A DNA stretch of 35,295 nt from Pelomyxa schiedti (lineage: Eukaryota; Protista; Evosea), in contig JAHLWZ010000072.1 of NCBI GenBank assembly GCA_020536535.1, positions 1-35,295 on the forward strand, given 5' to 3'. The notes beneath the pieces are model-generated. The model was given only the letters and a program-made list of their open reading frames with translations. It was not told the DNA's origin and did no database searches. This document shows positions 21,623 through 35,295 of this stretch, piece after piece (the stretch's first letter is position 1; each line of letters begins with the position of its first letter). The translations under genes were made by a program, and so were the position numbers.

Positions 21623-23044
21623 ATGATGTCAGACGAACCAACTCAGCCGACACACAAGAGACCGAGGATCGTGTTTGCCCCCAAAAAAACAACCACCAAA
21701 AATGCTGTTCTCAAAGTGACGAAGCCAAGTTGGCTTGGCGACATCGTTTTCCACACGGTGCTGGTGGCACGCGACCAGTTCGCGTCGCTGGTCGTGGCTG
21801 CGCAGTTCCCCGCGAGGTGCGGGGCCAGATCGCCTGCGCGGGTTTTGGGGACGCACCTGCTCAGGCAATTGTGGGACGACTGGGTCGTCGGCTGCCAAAG
21901 GGTGTTTATTTTGGATGTCCACATGGTGAAGGAGGGATATGTATTTGATAGGAGCAGGATATTTGATAGTGAGTGTGACAGTGATTCTGGGAGGGATTCA
22001 GAGTGGGTACTGTTTAAGATTGGGGTGTCACCTTTGTTGCTGGGGATCACTACTGGCTTGTGTGCGATGCGGTTGCACGATGTGTTTGGAGGTGGGTGTG
22101 ACGGTTGGTGGATTGATGAAAATAGGATTTGTTGGCTGGAGAGGGAGAAGGGCAAGGACAATGAAATGTGGATGAGGGACATCAGATACCCTGACGACGA
22201 GGAAGATAGCTACACCCAGTTGGTACCAGCAGGCAAAGACGTTGGGGCATCAACGGGCCTGTGTATCAACGGGAAGTGGTGGGTGCAGCTTATCAAAAAC
22301 AGCAGGATACTTGTAATTACCAACCTGACAGAGCCGGAACCTCTTACGGCTTTTGTTGTCCTGAGTGATCCCTGGGGTTCTGTAGTTGATTACATAGGCC
22401 TGATCAAAGGCACTTCATCACAGGCCGTGATGCTCGTGAGCAACCTCACTTCACTCACCACTTCTCTCGTGATTTTCGACATTGAACAGACATACAACAC
22501 TGGAACCGTGCAAGTTATCACCAGGAACCCCTGTGAGTTTCCACCATCCACATTTGAAGAATGGACAGTCGGAAACATACTCGTGATGCACAACAAATCG
22601 GGCCACAGAGTGATCATAATGGAAAACTACAGGCTTGACCATGATGACCACGAGGATTGGGATGCCGTTGACTCCCTAGCTGTGTCCATCCAGCCAAATG
22701 GTGAGGCTCAGAAGCTATGTTCGCAGACAAAGCAGCACAGCTCTCTGACGCAAATCAGTGGGAATTTGTTCCTGCTGCACCACAAAATCGGCTCCAGGTT
22801 GGATATCTGGGACATTAACAGCCTTGCAAGTAAGCAACCAGTCACTTGCATACCTGGTGTACATGAATACTTTCAGGCTTTGGCTGGGGGTGGATTTGTT
22901 GTGTTTGCAGCTGGGAAGGAGGACAATGAAAGGAAGGTGATTCAGGTGATGGAGCCAGTCTCAGGCATCGTTTCAGCAGCTTTTGAAGTGAAAGGCTGGA
23001 GAATCAAGGAGCTATTTGACGACTGTTCCTTTGTGAGCTGGTGA
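21623..23044 (+). CDS. Intronless orphan-family paralog 5
   Basis: 473-aa ORF MMSDEPTQPTHKRPRI..., full motif series. Confidence 0.9.
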   Translation: MMSDEPTQPTHKRPRIVFAPKKTTTKNAVLKVTKPSWLGDIVFHTVLVARDQFASLVVAAQFPARCGARSPARVLGTHLLRQLWDDWVVGCQRVFILDVHMVKEGYVFDRSRIFDSECDSDSGRDSEWVLFKIGVSPLLLGITTGLCAMRLHDVFGGGCDGWWIDENRICWLEREKGKDNEMWMRDIRYPDDEEDSYTQLVPAGKDVGASTGLCINGKWWVQLIKNSRILVITNLTEPEPLTAFVVLSDPWGSVVDYIGLIKGTSSQAVMLVSNLTSLTTSLVIFDIEQTYNTGTVQVITRNPCEFPPSTFEEWTVGNILVMHNKSGHRVIIMENYRLDHDDHEDWDAVDSLAVSIQPNGEAQKLCSQTKQHSSLTQISGNLFLLHHKIGSRLDIWDINSLASKQPVTCIPGVHEYFQALAGGGFVVFAAGKEDNERKVIQVMEPVSGIVSAAFEVKGWRIKELFDDCSFVSW

Positions 23045-23275
23045 ACTACTGATGATTGATTTTAAAAAACCGGGTCACCTTAAGAAAAATGGGACACAGG
23101 CACCAGTTGCCTGGCACAACGCCTTTATAAGCATCCAGATATTGCATTAAAATAACGTAAGTAATCCACTCCTCGTTGTTGAGAAGCCACTTGTGTTGGC
23201 AAAAAAAAAGTGGTTACTTTTTTTTGTGCCAAGCCACAGGCGACTTGGAATGACTCTATAATTAAAAACCTAAAG

Positions 23276-27678
<4,403 letters not shown>

Positions 27679-27832
27679 CACCTACTGTCAAAACCACCCA
27701 CTGACACTACTATAGCCAGTAAATACCCTATCCATTACACAACACTCTTTTCCCCATCCCACGGCAATAGTGCCTCCCCTACCTGTCATAAAAAAAAAAC
27801 AACATTCTGACTGTTATGAGGCGAAGTCACTC

Positions 27833-27960
27833 ATTGAGGGACCAGCCAGCAGCCGCAACATCAACCTACAGCATCACATTGTGGGTTTGGGGAAGGCCAA
27901 TCCTTCACAGTCTGAACTGTAGGCTAATGTTCCGTACCGCTGGCTCATCCCACCTCGAAT
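27833..27960. other. Long imperfect hairpin between convergent genes
   Basis: Nested pairs AGCCAGC/GCTGGCT, AACAT/ATGTT, CCTACAG/CTGTAGG, TCA/TGA, ATTGTG/CACAGT, GGTTTGG/CCAATCC around loop GGAAGG. Confidence 0.7.
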
Positions 27961-28107
27961 AAAATACGTTTGATGTGTTGCCCCGGCACAAAAGCTAACA
28001 GATAAAAACAGGCCTACTGTCCAAAAACGCCGTGTGGTTGCTATTATGGGGCAATTAATTTCCCTTTTCGGTTGTGATTGGGCCTTGTCCTTGGGATGTG
28101 GGTGTTG

Positions 28108-31100
28108 TTAGATAAGGTTGAAGCGGGATATGAAGGCGACTAGGTTCTGTGTGACGATGGGGGGCGCTTGCTGTGTTAGCAGAGGGGCGAGGTGGGGTGC
28201 TGTGGCCGGGGCTCCCCCGATGCCCCGGATCACTCGCGCAACTGATTCAGCCCAGAACTTCTCGTCGTCTATCTCACGGCAGTGGTCAACTTCAAACTTG
28301 GACGCGAAGGCAAGCCGGTGGAACGAAGTCGAGGCACCTTTTTGTGAGGGTGAGTGAGGTAGGTCATTCGGAGGATTTTTTGTGGTGGGGAAGTGTACTA
28401 CCGGAAGTTATCTCGTGAACTCCCATGTTGTCTTCTTGTTCGCCTGAGAGGTCAACATGTGTGTCTACAAGCAAAGCATGTGCGGTGGAAACAAGGGAAA
28501 CACTGGCGGTTAATGTGGATCAGTAGATTGGAAAAGAAACCCCGTTAGACATACAACAGTGCGGCGTTCTGTTGTGTGTGTAGAGCAGGCAAATCGCAAG
28601 CAAGTTTAGTTGCTGCAATAACACAAAGTTTCCTCTCGTTCTTTGTCTTCAACTTTTGGGCATTGCCGACGAACAAGGCTTGAATGACTTGCAAATAGAG
28701 ACTGTTCACCAATTAGTAACTTTTCAAAAACGGGCACGTGCAATAGACCTAGGTTGAATCTGTTCTATCAAGCTGACAAATGACTGTGCACCATACTTAA
28801 AGATATACAGAGACAAGAAGCCAACAAAGGCTTTGTTGATTTTATAGGTCTTGCAGCTGGCCAGTCTCTGGAATACCAGTGTGAACACCTGCCGCATGTA
28901 TGTACCAAATACTTCCCTGGAGGAAACTGTTTAGTGGAAACCAAAACTACAAGAGTGTCACACGGTTCGAGGTAGGAAATAACGGCCTCAAGAAGGTTAA
29001 ATGCCTCTACATCAGTAGCACCAGAGGGAAGGAGTGTCTGGAAAATACCGAGTATTGGTTCTATGTGCCTACCATCCGCTATCGCTTTGGGAGACTTCCT
29101 AGAATCAGAAGTATTAGATGGGAAATTTACACGACCACAGCAACCGCATGAATGCGGACAGCAATCGGACAAGAGCGGGAATATTTCCACTGCGTTGCCA
29201 CAGTTGCCCAGTCAAAAGACTGGGCAGAATGGCCAGAAACGTAGGATTGAGAGATGGGGACATTTCAATTAGCAGCGAAAGCACCTGGAAGGCATATGGC
29301 GCAAACTCTATTGTATAAGAACATGAGGTAATGGCTAATGCGCAGACAACAACCAGTGATGTCTTTCGAAAGTATTTGTTGAATGATAGGGAGCAAATGA
29401 TTTTCAACATTAGCAACAAGTGATGGCTGGGCCGTAAGCACATTTCTTTTGCGTGTTAGTATGGTTGGTTGTCGGGTTATCGAACCTCATAAGAACAGCT
29501 ATAGCTTCCCAGAGATAGTGATTAAATAGAGGGTTCCGGATGTTTTGGCACACATTGGAAAGAGTGCCAAGAAGGTATTTAAACATGTTATCGGCGTAAG
29601 GTAAGGCTCCTTCCTTGAGAACAGCAAGAATCCGCATGATGGCTATTAATAAGAATTAATGATTACTCGTTTCACCATTTAAAGACCTTGCATTAGGTAT
29701 TCATTTTCTCGGGCAGTTTCATTCTGCTGTTGCTGTGCTTGGGAGAGATTGACCAAAAGTGAAGCAGCAAAAGGTTGTAAGAACTCTTTAGTGAACCTGG
29801 ATATTGAAATGGGACACGACTACAACTGCTGATGGCATACCTCAGCGTGGGAGGAATAGTAGAAACATCACGTAGAATTAAAAATCTTTCCACGGCAGCA
29901 GCAGCATAAGTTTTCACAACAATGTTGCTGTCTTGCAGTGCCGCTGTAAGTGTAGTAAATAAGTTTTGGTAGTCAGTAGTGTCCATCACCAACTAAGAAG
30001 AAATTAGCAGAGAAAATTTTTATCAAATGTTATGCCTGAGCTCTGAACATGTAAATGAATTTAATACAATCTGCTCGAATTATAGCGTGGGCATTCTTGT
30101 TGCATATATCAGGTAAAACTTGGGACTTGTAGAACTCGAGAATAGGGACCAATTCATTTGTTCTTGACAGTCCATGTGCGGTTGCTCCTCTGTGCTTTCT
30201 TACAAGTAATTCTAAGAAATCGTCTTAAGTCACTTACCCCTTGACTGCAAGAGCTGCAATAAGGTAAATAGCCACGTCTTTCGACTTCCAGTTTGCTTTT
30301 GGGTTGGTTCCATATTCCTTGTGAGAGGTCAGCTTACTTGTTTTTTTTTTTTTTTTTGAGTCACACTTGGAGAAGAGATGCAATATCCCTCTCAAAAATT
30401 GCAGTTACTTCCCTCTCAAAATTCCTTCGAAGCCCTTTTACCTGTGACGATCAGTGTTGCTTAGAGGTAGCAGTACCCATACAAGCTCCAAGGCTGCTCT
30501 TCGTCTTGTGTTTGTATCACTGCCCTCCATATCCATTCTAATAAACTAGAAATTCGATAAGGAAATCAACCTTTTACCAACGTTGGGTTACCTCTCTTGG
30601 GTCATCTTCAAACAACTCTTCATCGGATTCTGTAGAATTTGTGGGAGAAAGAAATACGAACAGGAAAGAAGGCGCAAATACCTCTCAACTTTATATTTGG
30701 CCGGACAATGTTTGCACATACACTCCTGCGACAAATCGTGAGAGGGATAAGGGTTGGTGTAACGCGCACTGTATGATCTCCTGCTTGGCAAAAAGAGTGT
30801 GATGAGTACTACAAGCTGTGGTTGTTAAAAATTTGATAGCTGACGTGACAAGCTAAGGTGAGTTAGCTTCATTGGAGAGGAATTCTACAAACAGGATCAT
30901 TGTACTGTGCATCATCTGTCTTCATTAAAAGAGTCCATACATCTTGCATGAAAGTAGGGAGAAACGGTGTGAACTCCTCCTCGTATTTTTCAATATAAAC
31001 GTTTAAGCAGTGGCATATCTGGGCTTGAAGCTACATGGATGAGCAACTGCGAAATGAGCTATGGGTACCTTAAGAAGCAACCCAGCCGATGTGTCAGACT

Positions 31101-32243
31101 AGGTGATGTAAGGTCTTTTTAAAAAGGTTTTAGTTTACTTGTAATACAGAGGCTAAATGCGCAGGGGCATTGTAACACAGATATTGGTGGAACCCATTGA
31201 ACCAGTCACTCATGTGGTCTATGGGGTGTTAAAGAATCACGCAGTTGCTAAGAGTTCATATATAACCTTCAAAGTATTCTGGAAGGTCAACACAGTTTAA
31301 GAAATAAAATATCTTTGCTGTATATCTCACAATCTAAAAAAGTGTAAAGAAAAGGTGACGGTTCGAGCTGGTACAATAAAGCAGTTCTTGAAATCTTCAG
31401 CTGATGTAGCACCTGGAGAGAATAGTATCTGACTGATTCTTGTGTAGAGTGCAAGAAGTGGCTCTTGTATGATTTTGAGAATGAAGAGTAGTTCTTCAAG
31501 AACCTCGTTCGATTTCATTGCAATCTCATATCTTTTTGAAGGTTTACGTTTTCGTAACATTCAATATAAGAACCTCTTGAATATTGATGAAATGGTGTGC
31601 AGAGATGCTTTTATGGAAATTAAATCAGAGGAAGCAAATTTGCTCACAAGTTCCTTTTGAGTGTGAGTCACCAATAAAAAAAAAAAGTTAATTATGGTAG
31701 TCATACAGGTAACATTTGTTGCCATTGGTCAGGAAAGTCGTTGTTGGCAATCACTGTGACTGCCGCAGAGAGTTGTGATTGTATTTTTATTGGCTGAGCT
31801 AACATTATAGTTACAATGGCAGATTTTATTTGTGTTTTCAACTGGTCAGGAATTTTCCCCTAACGTAGTACTAAATGTCAACAACAAATAAGTTATGGAA
31901 GCGGAACGTACCGAATCAGACCAGTGTTTCGTGATGTGATTCTTGAAGCTTATAGCAGCAACAAGCTTTATTTCTGGGGCCACGCCGGGGTCGTTCAACA
32001 GTTGGACTAACAACATACTGTACCCAACACCACTCTCTCGTTCCATCGCAGTTATCCCTTTCTCACCTAGCCATTGGTTGTTTCCTTAATTTATACTGCT
32101 ACTAAAACTTACAAGCAACAATACAATTTAAAAATTACAACTCGTTAATTGGAGGTACCTGTGGCGACCGATGCAGGGTCACTGGACAGAGTCAATTGCA
32201 ACAGTTGGTGCAACCGCACAGCCTGCTCGCTAAGTGTCGACAT
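28108..32243 (-). CDS. CSE1: Exportin-2 / importin-alpha re-exporter CSE1 (CAS), multi-exon
   Basis: IBN_N-like LVAAISFKNHITKHW. NDFPDQW, LNCVDLPEYFEDHM, EKYEEEF, DEELFEDDPREFIRMDMEGSDTNTRRRAA, NWKSKDVAIYL, VVKTYAAAAVER, ENEYLM, NPLFNHYLWE, EFAPYAFQVL, GNIPALVRLL. Confidence 0.96.
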
Positions 32244-32668
32244 TCCAGATCTCTCGTTGTTTCTTTGTTACGTGTTTTGTAGTGCTTGCGCCGGCCCCGT
32301 GTCGTACCTTCGCGTTGTGTGTTTTTTTCTAAATTAAAAACCAGAACTTCCAATAATCAAATCTAGAGTGAAGGGAGCAATTGACCCCTCAGACCCTCGA
32401 ACTCCCCGAATCGCTGAACCAGTCTCTTTGCCTCATCATCGTAGTCACCATCGAGGCCTTCTCACCGATCCAGGACCCTGTCAATTAGAATGCTTGATAA
32501 TCAGTGATGATGAGACTAAAAAAAGAGGGACAGGGCCCAACATTTCGTTGGGCCCTCCAGAAAAACACAAAAAAACAACGTGATAGAGGCCAACGCCGCA
32601 CTACGAGCAAAGAAAAGAACAGATCCGAGCAAAGAAAAAATTGTATCAAATCGTGTTGTTGAGATCCG

Positions 32669-33663
32669 ATGTTCGCAAGCCTGTGTTTGTCGCATGAGGT
32701 GTGTTAATGTTACATTATATTACATAACTTTTTAATTTTGTTTTAAACTTGTGGTCGTTAACTTTTTTAAAAAATAAAATATTACAAACTACAGGAGAAT
32801 GAGGCCGTACTGCGTGCCAACCAATATCGCATTCCGCCTGGGATACGTGATCTGGAAGGGTTAGATCAAAGGGCTTTGATTAACAGAGCAATAACACAGG
32901 TGGATCAAACAATAAGAACATCGGCGGAGGTACGCGTGTCGTTTTGTTGTGTAATACTAACACGCCATAGAAACAGGCCGATTTTCGTGCTAAAGTAGAT
33001 CAGGGCGGAAATCGGGTGCAGGATCTAATGAGAAAGGGGATAGCGGCATTACAAACTGAGTTACAAAAAGCTGGAGTGGACGTAAGCTTCGTTGTTGAAT
33101 ACAACCCATACTCACTGACAGTGTAGGAACCTGTGTGTGGTAATGTAACGACGGTTGGAACGTGGCTGGAGGGTCTCTTCACTACCGCGGTTGATTCCTT
33201 AAAAGATGAGTCAGAGACAATGAGCAGGGCAGCAGGTTAAAAACCAGTTCAATGAGCCAGTGACGTATTAAACTAACTTGAAAAGTTAATGATCTGGCTC
33301 AACACCGATACGCGTTGAAAGCAGTCAAGGACAATATCGAGGTATAATACAACCGCAATCCTGTTGTTAGTTAGCATTTGCGTAACATACATAAAGAGGG
33401 TACAACCAGAGCCAAGCCTTGCCTCCGGGAGCAGTCAGTCAACTCACACATCGTCATCTTACGCCAACACAACAAGAAGGTCCCCCGATTCACCTTCCTC
33501 TTCCTCTTCCTCGTCCTCGTCATCCAGCGAGTCAGAGTATGACAGTGATACAGAGCAAAGAAAGAGGCATGGACACTACCACCACAGGAAAGAGAAAACG
33601 CACGGGCACAAGGTCCACACCCCACCCCCAAAACGCGGCAGGCCAAGGAAGCACACCATCTGA
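32669..33663 (+). CDS. Small hypothetical protein with Ser-rich tract and C-terminal AT-hook (about 5 exons; start uncertain)
   Basis: GT-AG exons join in frame: ENEAVLRANQ..TSAE|KQADF..GVD|EPVCG..|..DNIE|RVQPEP...PPPKRGRPRKHTI*. Confidence 0.6.
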
Positions 33664-33842
33664 TATTTTGATTCCACCTAGAGTATTGTAACAAAAGAAA
33701 TATACCTTGACATTACATGTAAAAAAACCTCTCTATCGCCCATAAACCACTTGTAGAGCACTAGACCAGTACCCAATCATCACCGATCTTGGGACAAACG
33801 GATATCAGAATCGGGATCGAAAAGAAATTCGGATTTTAAAAT

Positions 33843-34569
33843 ATGAACAGGCGTGTTGATCGCGCGGAAGCGGTTTGCCACGCGGTCGGGGTTTCGCGGG
33901 TCGTGTGGGAGTGCGTGGTGTCGGCGGGGTGGCTGGACGACCAGCCGTGGGAGGGCCGAACGCAGCTGGAAGAGCGCGGGGTGTGCTCCTGGCCCACCAC
34001 CTTGCTCAGCGTGGGCGAGGCCATGTTCCCGCTGGTGGGGCTCGTGTGCGGGCGGGTCATGCGCGCGTCGGACGCGCGGGGGTGCCGCGTGTCCCACCAC
34101 GCCGCCATCGCGAGCGCCGCGTCGGTGCCCAGCCCCGCGTGCGTCGCGTGGATAGTGGCCAACGCGCACAGGTTCAGGGAATCATTATGGGCCAGGCCGA
34201 CGATCGCCGCTGCTTGTTTGACTCAGGGGCTTGGGGGTGCTCTGGCCCCTCCTGCTGTTGTGGGTTCTGTTTCTTGTGGTGGATCGCCGCTTGGTGGGTT
34301 GGGCGGCGGAGATTGTGGGAAGGGGGGAATTGTCCCCGGGGGGAATTGTGAATTGAGGGTGATCAAGGAAATAACATCAGTACTGCTTGGGCTGTGCGGA
34401 GGTGGCCACGTGGATTTAGCCCGGAAGATGCTGGGTGATTATGAGGGTGAGGGAGCCAATAGTGGCACATTGCCTTCACTGTGGGATGGGAGGTGTGTTG
34501 TGGGGTGGGGACACGTATGCGGTGAGCTGGGAACCACGGGCATGTTAAGGAAAAAGGTGGTAGAGCATC
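33843..34569 (+). CDS. Hypothetical orphan-family protein, 5' part, truncated by gap
   Basis: Open frame from ATG 33843 to the gap, GC-rich 5' end after an AT-rich leader. LLGLCGGGHVDLARKML resembles a degenerate ankyrin half-repeat. Confidence 0.6.
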
Positions 34570-34669
34570 NNNNNNNNNNNNNNNNNNNNNNNNNNNNNNN
34601 NNNNNNNNNNNNNNNNNNNNNNNNNNNNNNNNNNNNNNNNNNNNNNNNNNNNNNNNNNNNNNNNNNNNN
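34570..34669. other. Assembly gap (100 N)
   Basis: Run of N. Confidence 1.
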
Positions 34670-35295
34670 TGATGGCATACCTCAGCGTGGGAGGAATAGT
34701 AGAAACATCACGTAGAATTAAAAATCTTTCCACGGCAGCAGCAGCATAAGTTTTCACAACAATGTTGCTGTCTTGCAGTGCCGCTGTAAGGGTAGTAAAT
34801 AAGTTTTGGTAGTCAGTAGTTTCCATCACTAACTAAGAAGAAATTAGCAGAGAAAAATTTTATCAAATGTTATGCCTGAGCTCTAAACATGTAAATGAAT
34901 TTAATACAATCTGCTCGAATTATAGCGTGGGCATTCTTGTTGCATATATCAGGTAAAACTTGGGACTTGTAGAAGTCGAGAATAGGGACCAATTCATTTG
35001 TTCTTGACAGTCCATGTGCGGTTGCTCCTCTGTGATTTCTTACAAGTAATTATAAGAAATCGTCACTTACCCCTTGACTGCAAGAGCTGCAATAAGGTAA
35101 ATAGCCACGTCTTTCGACTTCCAGTTTGCTTTTGGGTTGGTTCCATATTCCTTGTGAGAGGTCAGTCTTACTTGTTTTTTTTTTGAGTCACACTTGGAGA
35201 AGAGATGCAATATCCCTCTCAAAAATTGCAGTTACTTCCCTCTCAAAATTCCTTCGAAGCCCTTTTACCTGTGACGATCAGTGTTGCTTAGAGGT
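34670..35295 (-). other. CSE1: Near-identical copy of internal CSE1 exons
   Basis: Matches ~29829-30468 with a few SNPs (mostly silent, one D>E) and intronic indels. Confidence 0.9.

Overview
Eukaryotic, intron-dense protist scaffold with two 100-N gaps. Introns are mostly ~35-55 nt. The expanded orphan gene families and intron style suggest an amoebozoan such as Pelomyxa, but that is an inference. Housekeeping genes: a full-length eIF4G (minus; eIF4E-binding motif, MIF4G, probable MA3 region, W2, plus several PAM2-like motifs), a USP7/UBP12-type deubiquitinase (plus), and exportin-2/CSE1 (minus), with two extra near-identical CSE1 fragments at the window ends beyond the gaps. Between them lies an accessory block (~8.3-23 kb): a large Cys-rich repeat surface protein with a likely GPI anchor, and a tandem array of five intronless paralogs with a near-identical N-terminal cassette and a highly divergent C-terminal region (one copy is a pseudogene broken by a solo-LTR-like insertion with a 6-bp TSD). 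Embedded antisense in the array is a MACPF-like + jacalin gene whose first 15 codons are homologous to the array's NLS-like leader. Also present: several strongly self-complementary intergenic elements, a ~90-bp dispersed TIR element, two well-supported GC-AG introns plus one candidate, a small AT-hook protein gene, and a gap-truncated orphan ORF. All calls come from manual reading; no database searches were run.
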